Part shown: positions 15,401-31,307 of the stretch, piece after piece | Position numbering within the stretch: the first letter of the stretch is position 1 | How the letters are laid out: every line of letters starts with the position of its first letter | Assembly: GCA_964016885.1 (NCBI GenBank) | Contig: OZ024741.1 | Span: 195,052,001-195,116,000 of the forward strand | Direction of reading: 5' to 3' | Origin: Eledone cirrhosa | Lineage: Eukaryota | DNA: 64,000 nucleotides | Notes under the pieces: generated by a model | What the model was told of the DNA's origin: nothing | The model's database searches: none | Seen by the model: the letters and a program-made list of their open reading frames with translations, nothing else | Translations under genes and position numbers: made by a program

Positions 15401-16560
15401 ACGCTGCCTATGTTATATATTGTATGCTGCCTATGTTATATATTGTATGTAGACTATGTTATATATTGTATGCTGCCTATGTTATATATTGTATGTGGCC
15501 TATGTTATATATTGTATGCGGCCTACGCTATATATTGTATACTGCCTATGTTATATACTCTATGTGGCCTATGTTATATACTCTATGTGGCCTGTGTTAT
15601 ATTTTGTATGTGGCCTCTGTTATATATTGTATGTCGGCTATGCTATATATTGTATGCTGCCTATATTATATTTTGTATGCGGCCTATGTTATATATTGTG
15701 TGCTGCCTATGATATATATTGTATGTGTCCTATGATCTATATTGTATGTGGCCACTGTTATACATTGTTTGCTGCCTATGTAATACATTGTATGCTACCT
15801 ATGTTATATATTGTATGCTGCCTATGTTATATATTGTTTGTGGCCTATTTTATATATTGTATGTGGCCTATGTTATATATTGTATGCTGCCTACATTATA
15901 TATTGTATGTGACCTATGTTATATATTGTATGTGACCTATATTATATATTGTATGCTACCTATGTTATATATTGTATGCTGCCTATGTTATATATTGTAT
16001 GTGGCCTATGCTATATATTGTCTGCTGCCTATGTTATATATTGTATGCTGCCTATGTTATATATTGTATGTGGCCTGTGTTGTATATTGTATGCTGCCTA
16101 TATTATATATTGTATGTGGCCTATGTTATATACTCTATGTGGCCTGTGTAATATTTTGTATGTAGCCTATGTTATATATTGTATGCGGCATATGTTATAT
16201 ATTGTAGGTGGCCTATCTTATATATTGTATGCTACCTATGTTATATTATTTATGCGGCCTATGTTATATATTGAATGCTGCCTATGTTATATATTGTATG
16301 TGGCCTATGTTATATATTGTACGCTGTCTATGCTATATATTGTATGCTGCCTATATTATATATTGTATTTGGCCTATGTTACATTTTGTGTGTGGCCTAT
16401 GTTCTATATTGTATGCGGCATATGTTTTATATTGTATGCTGCCTATTTTATATTTTGTATGCCCCCTATGTTATATATTGTATGTGGCCTATGTTATATA
16501 TTGTATGCGGCATATGTTATATATTGTATGCTGCCTATGTTATATATTGTATGTTGCCTA
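9420..16560 (+). repeat. ~3.5 kb tandem higher-order duplication (~9420-12870 vs ~12870-16560; 150-155 monomers)
   Basis: Matching ORF pairs 9614/13064 (3450), 10189/13708 (3519), 10981/14500 (3519), 11740/15236 (3496) and 12351/15916 (3565), all exact multiples of 23. Landmark GTAAGCTGCCTATATTAAATATTGTATTTGG at ~9580 and ~13030. Confidence 0.88.
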
Positions 16561-17269
16561 TGTTATATATTGTATGTGGCCTATGTTATATATTGTGTGC
16601 TGCCTATGTTATATATTGTATGCTGCCTATGTTATATATTGTATGTGGCCTATGTTATATATTGTATGCTGCCTATGTTATATTGTATGTGAACTATTTT
16701 ATATATTGTATGCTGCCTATGTTATATATTGTATGTGCCATATGTTTTATATTGTATGCTGCCTATGTTATATATTGTCTGTGGCCTATGTTATATATTG
16801 TATGCTGCCTATGTTATATATTGTATGTGGCCTATGTTATATATTGTATGCTGCCTATGTTATATATTGTATGTGGCCTATATTAGATATTGTATGTGGC
16901 CTATGTTATATATTGTATGCTGCCTATGTAATATATTGTATGTGGCCTATGTTATATATTGTATGCTGCCTATGTTATATATTGTATGTGGCCTATGTTA
17001 TATATTGTATGCTGCCTATGTTATATATTGTATGTGGCCTATGTTATATATTGTATGCTGCCTATGTTATATATTGTATGTGGCCTATATTAGATATTGT
17101 ATGCTGCCTATGTTATATATTGTTAGTGGCCTATGTTATATATTGTATGCTGCCTATGTTATATATTGTATGTGGCCTATGTTATATATTGTATGCTGCC
17201 TACGTTATATATTGTATATGGCCTATGTTATATATTGTATGCGTCATATGTTATATATTGTATGTAGCC

Positions 17270-20200
17270 TATGTTATATATTGTATGCTGCCTACGCTAT
17301 ATATTGTATGCTGCCTATGTTATATATTGTATGTTGCCTATGTTATATACTTTATGTGGCCTGTGTTATATTTTGTATGTGGCCTATGTTATATATTTTA
17401 TGTGGCCTATGTTATATATTGTATGCGGTATATGTTATATATTTTATGTGGCCTATGTTATATATTGTATGCGGCACATGTTATATATTGTATGTTGCTT
17501 ATGTTATATATTGTATGTGGCCTACGTTAGATATTGCATGTGGCCCATGTTATATATTGTATGTGGCCTATGTTATATATTGTATATCGGCTATGCATTA
17601 TTGTATGCAGCCTATGTTATATATTGTATGTCGGCTATGCTTTATATTGTATGCAGCCTATGTTATATTTTGTATCCGGCCTAAATTATGTATAGCGTGC
17701 TGCCTATGTTATATATCGTATGTGGCCAATGTTATATATTGTTTTCTGCCTATGTTATACATTGTATGCTGCCTATGTCATATATTGTTTGTTGCCTATA
17801 TTATATATTGTATGTGGCCTATGTTATATATTGTATGCTGCCTCTATTATATATTGTATGTGACGTATTTTATATATCGTAGGTGGCTTATATTATATAT
17901 TGCATGCTACCTATGTAATATATAGTATGCTGCCTATGTTTTATATTGTATGTGGCCTATGCTATATATTGTATGCTGCCTATGTTATACATTGTATGTG
18001 GCCTATGTTATATATTGTATGTGCCCTATGTTATATATTGTATGCTACCTATATTTATATATTGTATGTGGTCTATGTTATATATTTTATGTGGCCTATG
18101 TTATATATCGTATGCTGCCTATGTTATTTATTGTTAGTGGCCTATGTTATATATTGTATGCTGTCTATGTTATATATTGTATGTGGCCTATGTTATATAT
18201 TGTATGCTGCCTATTTTATGTATTGTATGCTACCTATGTTATATATTGTATGCTGCCTATGTTATATATCGTATGTGGCCTATGTTATATGTTGTATCTT
18301 GCATTTGTTATATACTGTATCCTGCCCATGTTATATATTGTGTGCTGCCTTTGTTATATATCGTATGTGGCCTATGTTATATATTGTATGCTGTCTATGT
18401 TATATATTGTATGCTGCCTATGCTATATATTGTATGCTGCCTAGGTTATATATTCTGGGTGGCCTCTGTTATATATTGTATGCCGCACCTGTTATATATT
18501 GTATGCTGCCTACGTTATATATTGTATGCTGCCTACTTTATATTTTGTATTCGGTCTATGTTATATATTGTATGTGGCCTATGTTCTATATTGTATCCTG
18601 CCTATGTTATTTATTGTTAGTGGCCTATGTTATATATTGTATGCTGCCTATGTTATATATTGTATGTGGCCTATGTTATATATTGTAAGCTGCCTATGTT
18701 ATATATTGTATGTGGCCTATGTTATATATTGTATGCTGCCTATTTTATGTATTGTATGCTAACTCTGTTATATATTGTATGTGGGCTATGTTATATATTG
18801 TATGTGGCCTATGTTATATGTTGTATGTGGCCTTTGTTATATACTGTATGCTGCCCATGTTATATATTGTGTGCTGCCTTTGTTATATATTGTATGTGAC
18901 CTATGTTATATATTGTATGTGGCCTATGTTATATATTGTATGCTGCCTATGCTATATCTTGTATGATGCCTATGTTATATATTCTATGTGGCCTATGCTA
19001 TATATCGTATGCTGCCTATCTTATATATTGAATGTGGCCTATGTTATATGTTGTATGTGGCCTTTGTTATAAACTGTATGCTGCCCATGTTATATATTGT
19101 GTGCTGCCTTTGTTATATATTGTATGTGGCCTATGTTATATTTTGTATGTGGCCTATGTTATATATTGTATGCTGCCTATGTTATATATTTTATGTGGCC
19201 TATGCTATATATTGTATGCTGCCTATGTTATATATTGTATGTGGCCTATGTTGTATATTGTATGCTGCCTATGCTATATATTGTATGCTGCCTATGTTAT
19301 ATATTCCATGTGGCCTATGCTATATATTGTATGCTGCCTATGTTATATATTGTATGTGACCTATGTCATATATTGTATGTGCCCTATATTATATATTGTA
19401 TGCTACCTATGTTATGTATTGTGTGCTGCGTATGTTATATATTCTATGTGGCCTATGCTATATATTGTCTGCTGCCTATGTTATATATTGTATGCTGCCT
19501 ATGCTATATATTGTATGCTACCTATGTTATATATTGTATGTGGCCCATGTTATATATTGTATGTGGCCTATGTTATATGTTGTATGTGGCCTTTGTTATA
19601 TACTGTAACTCCCCATGTTATATATTGTATGCTGCCTATGTTATATAGTGAATGCTGCCTTTGTTATATATTGTATGCTGCCTATTGTATACATTGTATG
19701 CGGCCTATGTTATATATTATATGCGACCTATGTTATATATTTTATGTGGCCTATGTTATATATTGTATATGGCCTATGTTATATATTGTACGGTGCTTAT
19801 GTTATATAGTGTATGTTGCCTATGTTATATATTGTATGTAGACTATGTTATATATTGTATGCTGCCTATGTTATATATTGTATGTGGCCTATGTTATATA
19901 TTGTATGCTGCCTACGCTATATATTGTATACTGCCTATGTTATATACTCTTTGTGGCCTCTGTTATATACACTATGTGGCCTGTGTTATATTTTGTATGT
20001 GGCCTATGTTATATATTGTATGTGGCCTATGTTATAGTGTATGTGGCATATGTTATATATTGCATGTGGCCTATGTTATATATTGTATGCGGCACATGTT
20101 ATATATTGTATGTTGCCTATGTTGTATATTGTATATGGCCTACGTTATATATTCAATGTAGCCTATGTTATATATCGTATGTCGGCTATGCTATATATTG

Positions 20201-23200
20201 TATGCTGCCTATATTATATTTTGTATGCGGCCTATGTTATATATTGTGTGCTGTCTATGTTATACATTGTATGTGGCCTATGATCTATATTGTATGTTGC
20301 CAATGTTATACATTGTTTGCTTCCTATGTAATACATTGTATGCTGCCTATGTTATATAGTATATGCTGCCTATGTTATATATTGTTTGTGGCCTATTTTA
20401 TATATTGTATGTGGCCTATGTTATATATTGTATGCTACCTATATTATATATTGTATGTGAACTATGTTTTGTATTGTATGTGACCTATATTATATATTGT
20501 ATGCTACCTATGTTATGTATTGTATGCTGCCTATGTTATATATTGTATGTGGCCTATGCTATATATTGTCTGCTGCCTATGTTATATATTGTATGCTGCC
20601 TATGTTATATATTGTATGTGGCCTAAGTTATATATTGTATGCTGCCTTTGTTATACATTGTATGTCGCCTATGTTATATATTGTATGTGGCCTATGTTAT
20701 ATATTGTATGCTACCTATATTTACCTATTGTATGTGGCCTATTTTATATATTGTATGCTGCCTATGTTATATATTGTTTGTAGCCGATGTTATATATTGT
20801 ATGCTGCCTATGTTTTATATTGTATGTGGCCTACGTTATATATTGTATGCTGCCTACGCTATATATTGTATGCTTCCTATATTATATATCCTATGTGGCC
20901 TATGTGATATACTCTATGTGACCTGTGTTATATTTTGTATGTGGCCAATGTTATATGTTGTATGCGGCATATTTTATATATTGTATGCTACCTATGTTAT
21001 ATTTTGTATGCGGCCTATGTTATACATTGTGTGCTGCCTATGTTATATATTGTACATGACCTATGTTATACATTGTTTGCTGTCTATGTATTACATTGTA
21101 TGCTGCCTATGTTATATATTGTATGCTGCCTATGTTATATATAGTTTGTGGCTATTTTATATATTGTATGTGACCTATGTTATTTATTGTATGCTGCCTA
21201 TATTATACATTGTATGTGGCCTATGTTATATATTGTATGCTGCCTATATTATATATTGTATGTGACCTATGTTACATATTGTATGTGCCCTATATTATAT
21301 ATTATATGCTACATATGTTATGTATTGTATGCTGCCTATGTTATATAGTCTATGTGGCCTATGTTATATATTGTATGCTGCCTATGTTATATATTTTATG
21401 TGGCCTATGTTGTATATTGTATGCTGACTATGCTATATATTGTATGTTGCCTATGTTATATATTCTATCTGGCCTATGCTATATATTGTATGTTGCCTAT
21501 GTTATATAATGTATGTGGCCTATGCTATATATTGTATAAGGCCTATGTTATATATTCTATGTAGCCTATGCTATGTATTGTATGTGGCCTATGTTATATT
21601 TTGTATGTGGCCTATGTTATATATTGTATGCTGCCTATGATATATATTGTTTGCTTTCTTTGTTATATATTGTATGCTGCCTATATTATATATTGTATGT
21701 GGCCTATGTTATATATTGTATGCTGCCTATGTTATATATAGTATGTGGCCTATGTTATATATTGTTAGTGGCCTATGTTATATATTGTATGCTGCCTATG
21801 TTATATATTGTATGTGGCCTATGTTATATATTGTATGCTGCCTACGTTATATATTGTATGCGCCATATGTTATATATTGTACGCTGCCTATGTTATATAT
21901 TGTATGTGGCCTATGTTATATATTGTATGTGGCCTATGTTATATATTGTATGCTGCCTACGCTATATATTGTATGCTGCCTATGTTATATATTGAATGTT
22001 GCCTATGTTATATACTCTATGTGGCCGTGTTATATTTTGTATGTGGCCTATGTTATATATTTTATGTGTCCTATGTTATATATTGTATGCGGTATATGTT
22101 ATATATTGTATGTGGCCTATGTTATATATTGTATGCGGCACATGTTATATATTGTATGTTGCTTATGTTATTTATTGTATGTGGCCTACGTTATATATTG
22201 TATGTGGCCTATGTTATATATTGTATGTCGGCTATGCTTTATATTGTATGCAGCCTATGTTATATTTTGTATCCGGCCTAAATTATGTATAGCGTGCTGC
22301 CTATGTTATATATCGTATGTGGCCAATGTTATATATTGTTTGCTGCCTATGTTATACATTGTATGCTGCCTATGTTATATATTGTTTGTTGCCTATATTA
22401 TATATTGTATGTGGCCTATGTTATATATTGTATGCTGCCTCTATTATATATTGTATGTGACGTATTTTATATATTGTAGGTGGCCTATATTATATATTGC
22501 ATGCTACCTATGTAATGTATTGTATGCTGCCTATGTTTTATATTGTATGTGGCCTATGCTATATATTGTATGCTGCCTATGTTATACTTTGTATGTGGCC
22601 TATGTTATATATTGTATGTGCCGTATGTTATATATTGTATGCTACCTATATTTATATATTGTATGTGGTCTATGTTATATATTTTATGTGGCCTATGTTA
22701 TATATCGTATGCTGCCTATGTTATTTATTGTTAGTTGCCTATGTTATATATTGTATGCTGTCTATGTTATATATTGTATGTGGCCTATGTTATATATTGT
22801 AAGCTCCCTATGTTATATATTGTATGCTACCTATGTTATATATTGTATGCTGCCTATGTTATATATCGTATGTGGCCTATGTTATATGTTGTATCTTGCA
22901 TTTGTTATATACTGTATCCTGCCCATGTTATATATTGTGTGCTGCCTTTGTCATATATCGTATGTGGCCTATGTTATATATTGTATGCTGTCTATGTTAT
23001 ATATTGTATGCTGCCTATGCTATATATTGTATGCTGCCTATGTTATATATTCTAGGTGGCCTGTGTTATATATTGTATGCCGCATATGTTATATATTGTA
23101 TGCTGCCTACGTTATATATTGTATGCTGCCTACTTTATATTTTGTATGCGGTCTATTTTATATATTGTATGTGGCCTATGTTCTATATTGTATGCTGCCT

Positions 23201-23900
23201 ATGTTATTTATTGTTAGTGGCCTATGATATATATTGTATGCTGCCTATGTTATATATTGTATGTGGCCTATGTTATATATTGTAAGCTCCCTATGTTATA
23301 TATTGTATGTGGCCTATGTTATATATTGTATGCTGCCTATTTTATGTATTGTATGCTAACTCTGTTATATATTGTATGTGGGCTATGTTATATATTGTAT
23401 GTGGCCTATGTTATATGTTGTATGTGGCCTTTGTTATATACTGTATGCTGCCCATGTTATATATTGTGTGCTGCCTTTGTTATATATTGTATGTGGCCTA
23501 TGTTATATATTGTATGCTGCATATGCTATATCTTGTATGATGCCTATGTTATATATTCTATGTGGCCTATGCTATATATCGTATGCTGCCTATCTTATAT
23601 ATTGAATGTGGCCTATGTTATATGTTGTATGTGGCCTTTGTTATAAACTGTATGCTTCCCATGTTATATATTGTGTGCTGCCTTTGTTACATATTGTATG
23701 TGGCCTATGTTATATATTGTATGTGACCTATGTTATATATTGTATGCTGCCTATGTTATATATTATATGTGGCCTATGCTATATATTGTATGCTGCCTAT
23801 GTTATATATTGTATGTGGCCTATGTTGTATATTGTATGCTGCCTATGCTATATATTGTATGCTGCCTATGTTATATATTCTATGTGGCCTATGCTATATA
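17270..23900 (+). repeat. Duplicated block ~17270-19350 vs ~21940-23900, offset 4597 then 4574
   Basis: ORF pairs 17688/22285, 17900/22497, 18710/23307 and 18775/23372 (4597), and 19032/23606 (4574). Landmarks ATCCGGCCTAAATTATGTATAGCGTG, GTATCTTGCATTTG and GCTAACTCTG occur in both copies. Confidence 0.88.
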
Positions 23901-26900
23901 TTGGATGCTGCCTATGTTATATATTGTATGTGGCCTATGTTATATAATGTATGCAGCCTATGCTATATATTGTATGCTGCCTATGTTATATATTCTATAT
24001 GGCCTATGCTATATATTGTATGCAGCCTATGTTATATATTGTATGTGGCCTTTGTTATATAATGTATGCTGCCTATGCTATATATTGTATGCTGCCTATG
24101 TTATATATTCTATGTGGCCTATGCTATATATTGTCTGATGCCTATGTTATATATTGTATGCGGCATATGTTATATATTGTCTGATGCCTATGTTTTATAT
24201 TGTATGCGGCATATGTTATATATTGTATGTGGCCTATGTTATATATTGTATGTGGCCTATATTATATATTGTATGTGGCCTATGTTATATATTGTATGCG
24301 GCATATGTTATATATTGTATGCTGCCTATGTTATATATGGTTAGTGGCCTATGTTATATATTGTATGCTGCCTATGTTATATATTGTATGTGGCCTATGT
24401 TATATATTGTAAGCTCCCTATGTTATATATTGTATGTGGCCTATGTTATATATTGCATGCTGCCTATTTTATGTATTGTATGCTACCTATGTTATATATT
24501 GTATGCAGCCTATGTTATATATTGTATGAGGCCTATGTTATATGTTGTATGTGGCCTTTGTTATATACTGTATGCTGCCCATGTTATATATTGTGTGCTG
24601 CCTTTGTTATATATTGTATGTGGCCTATGTCATATATTGTATGTGGCCTATATTATATATAGTATGCTGCCTATGCTATATATTGTATGCTGCCTATTTT
24701 ATATATTTTATGTGGCCTATGTTATATATTGTATGCTGCCTATGCTATATATTTTATGCTGCCTATAATATATATTCTATGTGGTCTATGCTATATATTG
24801 TATGCTGCCTATGTTATATATAGTATTTGGCCTATGTTATATATTGTATGTGGCCTATGTTATATATTGTATGCTGCCTATGCTATATATTGCATGCTGC
24901 CTATGATATATATTCTATGTGGCCTATGCTATATATTGTCTGCTGCCTATGTTATATATTGTATGCGGCATATGTTATATATTGTATGTGGCCTATGTTA
25001 TATATAGTTTGCTGCCTATGTTATATATTGTATGCTGCCTATGTTATATATTGTATGTGGCCTATTTATATATTGTATGTGCCCTATGTTATATATTGTA
25101 TGCTACCTATATTTATATATTGTATGTGGCCTATGTTATATATTTTATGTGCCCTATGTTATATATTGTATGCTGCCTATGTTATTTGTTGTTAGTGGCC
25201 TATGTTATATATTGTATGCTGCCTATGTTATATATTGTATGTGGCCTATGTTATATATTGTAAGCTCCCTATGTTATATATTGTATGTGGCTTATGTTAT
25301 ATATGGTATGCTGCCTATTTTAGGTATTGTATGCTACCTATGTTACATATTGTATGCTGCCTATGTTATATATCGTATGTGGCCTATGTTATATGTTGTA
25401 TGTGGCCTTTGTTATAAACTGTATGCTGCCCATGTTATATATTGTGTGCTGCCTTAGTTATATCTTGTATGTGGCCTATGTTATATATTGTATGTGGCCT
25501 ATGTTATATATTGTATGCTGCCTATGCTATATATTGTATGCTGCCTATGTTATATATTCTATGTGGCCTATGCTATATATTGTATGCTGCCTATGATATA
25601 TATTGTATGTGGCCTAAGTTGTATATTGTATGCTGCCTATGCTATATATTGTATGCTGCCTATGTTATATATTCTATGTGGCCTATGCTATATATTGTAT
25701 GCTGCCTAAGTTATATATTGTATGCGGCATATGTTATATATTGTATGTGATCTATTTTATATATTGTATGCTGCCTATGTTATATATTGTATGTGCCATA
25801 TGTTTTATATTGTATGCTACCTATGTTATATATTGTATGTGGCCTATATTATATATTGTATGTGGCCTATGTTATATATTGTATGCGGCATATGTTATAT
25901 ATTGTTTGTGGCCTATGTTATATATTGTATGCTGCCTACGCTATATATTGTATGCTGCCTATGTTATATATTGTATATGGCCTATGTTATATACTCTATG
26001 TGGCATGTGTTATATTTTGTATGTGGCCTATGTTATATATTTTATGCGGTATATGTTATTTATTGTATATGGCCTATATTATATATTGTATGTGGCCTAA
26101 GTTATATATTGTATGTGGCCAATGTTATATATTGTATGTTGCCTATGTTATATATTGTATGTCGGGTGTGCTATATATTGTATGCTGCCTATGTTATATT
26201 TTGTATGCGGCCAAAATTATATATTGCGTGATGCCTATGTTATATATTGTATGCTGCCTATGTAATACATTGTATGCTGCCTATGTTATATATTGTATGC
26301 TGCCTATGTTATATATTGTTTGTGACCTACATCATATATTGTATGCTGCCTATGTTATATATTGTTGGTGGCCTATGTTATATATTGTATATGCCCTATG
26401 TTATATATTGTATGCTACCTATATTTATATATTGTATGTGGCCTATGTTATATATTTTATGTGGCCTATGTTACATATTGTATGTGGCCTATGTTATATA
26501 TTGTATGTGGCCTATGTTATATATTGTATGCGGCATATTTTATATATTGTACGATGCCTATGTTATATATTGTATGCTGCCTATGTTATATATTGTATGT
26601 GACCTACGTTATATATTGTATGCTGCCTACGCTATCTAGTGTATGCTGCCTATATTATATATTGTATGTGGCCTATGTTATATATTGTATGCGGCATATG
26701 TTATATATTGTATGCTGCCTATGTAATATATATTTTATGTGGCCTATGTTATATATTGTATGCTGCCTATGTTATATATTGTTAGTGGCCTATGTTATAT
26801 ATTGTATGCTGCCTATGTTATATATTGTATGTGGCCTATGTTATATATTGTAAGCTCCCTATGTTATATATTGTATGTGGCCTATGTTATATATTGCATG

Positions 26901-28599
26901 CTGCCTATTTTATGTATTGTATGCTACCTATGTTATATATTGTATGCTGCCTATGTTATATATTGTATGTGGCCTATGTTATATGTTGTATGTGGCCTTT
27001 GTTATATACTGTATGCTGCCCATGTTATATATTGTGTGCTGCCTTTGTTATATATTGTATGTGGCCTATGTTATATATTGTATGTGGCCTATGTTTTATA
27101 TTGTATGCTGCCTAAGCTATATATTGTATGCTGCCTATGTTATGTATTCTATGTGGCCTATGCTATATATTGTCTGCTGCCTATGTTATATATTGTATGC
27201 GGCATATGTTATATATTGTATGTGGCCTATGTTATATATTGTTTGCTGCCTATGTTATATATTGTATGCTGCCTATGTTATATATTGTATGTGGCCTATG
27301 TTATATATTGTATGCCGCCTATGTTATATTGTATGTGATCTACTTTATATATTGTATGCTGCCTATGTTATATATTGTATGTGCCATATGTTTTATATTG
27401 TATGCTGCCTATGTTATATATTGTATGTGGCCTATATTATATATTGTATGTGGCCTATGCTATATGTTGTATGCTGCCTATGTTATATATTGTATGTGGG
27501 CTATGTTATATATTGAATGCTGCCTATGTTATATATTGTGAGTGGCCTATGTTATATATCGTATGCTCCCTATGTTATATATTGTATGAGGCCTATGTTA
27601 TATATTGTATGCTGCCTATGGTATATAATGTTTGTGGCCTATTTTATCTATTGTATGTGGCCTATGTTATATATTGTATGCTGCCTATATTATATATTGT
27701 ATGTGGCCTATGTTATATATTGTATGCTGCCTATGTTATACATTGTATGCTTCCTGTGACGTATGTTATATATTGCAGGTGGCTTATATTATATATTGCA
27801 TGCTACCTATGTTATGTATTGTATGCTGCCTATATTTATATATTGTATGTGGGCTATGTTTTATATTTTATGTGGCCTATGTTATATAGTGTATGTAGTC
27901 TACGTTATATATTGTATGTTGCCGATGTTATATATTGTATGCTGCCTATGTTATATATTGTATGTGGACTACGTTATATATTGTATGCTGCCTACGCTAT
28001 ATATTGTATGCTGCCTATATTATATATTGTATGTGGCCTATGATATACACTCTAGGTGGCCTGTGTTATATTTTGTATGTGGCCTATGTTAGATACTGTA
28101 TGCGGCATATGTTATATATTGTATGTGGCCTATCTTATATATTGTATGCGGCATATGTTGTATAGTGTATGCTGCCTATTTTATATTTTGTATGAGACCT
28201 ATGTTATATATTGTTTGCTGCCTATGTTATATATTGTATGTTGCCTATGTTATATATCGTATGCTGCCTATGTTTTATATATAGTATGTGGCCTATGTTA
28301 TATATTGTATGCTGCCTATGTTATATATTGTTAGTGGCCTATGTTATATATTGTATGCTGCCTATGTTATATATTGTATGTGGCCTATGTTATATATTGT
28401 AAGCTCCCTATGTTATATATTGTATGTGGCCTATGTTATATATTGTATGCTGCCTAATTTATGTATTGTATGCTACCTATGTTATATATTGTATGCCGCC
28501 TATGTTATATATTGTATGTGGCCTTTGTTATATACTGTATACTGCCCATGTTATATATTGTGGGCTGCCTTTGTTATATATTGTATGTGGCCTATGTTA

Positions 28600-31070
28600 T
28601 ATATAGTATGCTGCCTATGCTATATATTGTATGCTGCCAATGTTATAAATTCTATGTGGCCTATGCGATATATTGTATGCTGCCTATGTTATATATTGTA
28701 TGTGGCCTATGTTATATATTTTACGTTGCCTATGTTTTATATTATATGCTGCCTATGCTATATGTTGTATGCTGCCTATGTTATATATTGTATGTGGCCT
28801 ATGCTATATATTGTATGCTGCCTATGTTATATATTGTATGTGGCCTATGTTATATATTTTCTGCTGCCTATGTTATATATTGTATGCTGCCTATGTTATA
28901 TATTGTATGTGGCCTATGTTATATATTATATGCTGCCTATGTTATATTGTATGTGATCTATTTTATATATTGTATGCTGCCGATGTTATATATTGTATGT
29001 GGCCTATGTTATATATTATGTGCTGCCTATTTTATATATTGTATGCTGCCTATTATATATATTGTATGTGGCCTATGTTATATATTGTATGCTAACTATG
29101 TTATATATTGTATGTGGCCTACCTTTTATATTGTATGCTGCCTATGTTTTATATTATATGCTGCCTATGTTGTATATTGTATGCTACCTATGTTATATGT
29201 TGTATGTGTCCTATGTTATACATTGTATGCTACCTCTGTTATATATTGTATTCTCCCTATGTTATATATTATATGCTGCCTGTGTTATATATTGTATGCT
29301 GCCTATGTTATATATTGTATGCTGCCTATTATATATATTGTATGTGGCCTATGTTATATATTGTATGCTAACTATCATATATATTGTATGTGACCTACTT
29401 TTTATATTGTATGCTGCTTATGTTTTATATTATATGCTGCCTATGTTGTATATTGTATGCTACCTATGTTATATATTGTATGTGTCCTATGTTATACATT
29501 GTATGCTACCTCTGTTATATATTGTATGCTGCCTATGTTATATATTGTATGTGTCCTATGTTATACATTGTATGCTACATCTGTCATACACTGTATGCTA
29601 CCTAAGTTATATATTGTATGTGGCCTATGATATATTGTATGCTGCCTATGTTATATATTGTATGTGGCCTATGTTATATTTTGTATGCTGCCTACGCTAT
29701 ATATTGTATGCTGCCTATGTTATATATTGTATGTGGCCTATGTTATATACTCTATGTGGCCTGTGTTATATTTTGTATGTGGCCTATGTTATATATTGTA
29801 TGTTGCGTATGTTATATATTGTATGCTGCCTATGTTATAAATTCTATGTGGCCTATGCGATATATTGTATGCTGCCTATGTTATATATTGTATGTGGCCT
29901 ATGTTATATATTTTATGTTGCCTATGTTTTATATTATATGCTGCCTATGCTATATATTGTATGCTGCCTATGTTATATATTCTATGTGGCCCATGCTATA
30001 TATTGTATGCTGCTTATGTTATATATTGTATGTGGCCTATGCTATATATTGTATGTGGCCTATGTTATATATTTTCTGCTGCCTATGTTATATATTGTAT
30101 GCGGCATACGTGATATATTGCATGTGGCCTATGTTATATATTGTTTGCTGCCTATGTTATATATTGTATGCTGCCTATGTTATATATTGTATGTGGCCTA
30201 TGTTATATATTATATGCTGCCTATGTTATATTGTATGTGATCTATTTTATATATTGTATGCTGCCGATGTTATATATTGTATGTGGCCTATGTTATATAT
30301 TATATGCTGCCTATGTTATATATTGTATGCTGCCTATTATATATATTGTATGTGGCCTATGTTATATATTGTATGCTAACTATGTTATATATTGTATGTG
30401 GCCTACTTTTTATATTGTATGCTGCCTATGTTTTATATTATATGCTGCCTATGCTGTATATTGTATGATACCTATGTTATATATTGTATGTGTCCTATAT
30501 TATACATTGTATGCTACCTCTGTTATATATTGTATGCACCCTATGTTATATATTATATGCTGCCTATGTTATATATTGTATGCTGCCTATGTTATATATT
30601 GTATGCTGCCTATTATATATATTGTATGTGGCCTATGTTATATATTGTATGCTAACTATCTTATATATTGTATGTGGCCTACTTTTTATATTGTATGCTG
30701 CCTATGTTTTATATTATATGCTGCCTATGTTGTATATTGTATGCTACCTATGTTATATATTGTATGTGTCCTATTTTATACATTATATGCTACCTCTGTT
30801 TTATATTGTATGCTGCCTATGTTATATATTGTATGTGTCCTATGATATACATTGTATGCTACCTCTGTTATACACTGTATGCTACCTAAGTTATATATTG
30901 TATGTGGCCTATGATATATTGTATGCTGCCTATGTTATATATTGTATGTGGCCTATGTTATATATTGTATGCTACCTACGCTATATATTGTATGCTGCCT
31001 ATGTTATATATTGTATGTGGCCTATGTTATATACTCTATGTGGCCTGTGTTATATTTTGTATGTGGACTA
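28600..31070 (+). repeat. ~1.2-1.3 kb tandem duplication (offset 1284) containing a nested 276-bp (12-monomer) duplication
   Basis: ORF pairs 28993/30277, 29108/30392, 29384/30668 and 29618/30902 all at 1284. Internal pairs 29108/29384 and 30392/30668 at 276=12x23. Landmarks ATAAATTCTATGTGGCCTATGCGATA (~28645, ~29837) and GCTAACTAT (four copies). Confidence 0.9.
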
Positions 31071-31307
31071 TGTTATATATTGTATGCTGCCTATGTTATA
31101 TTTTGTATGTTGCGTATGTTATATATTATATTCTACCTATGATATATATTGTATGCTGCCTATGTTATATATTGTATGTGGCCTATGTTATATATTGTAT
31201 ATGGCCTATGTGCTATATATTATTCTGCCTATGTTATATATTATATTCTACCTATGTTATATATTGTATGTTGCCTATGTTACATATTGTATGTGTCCTA
31301 TGTTTCA

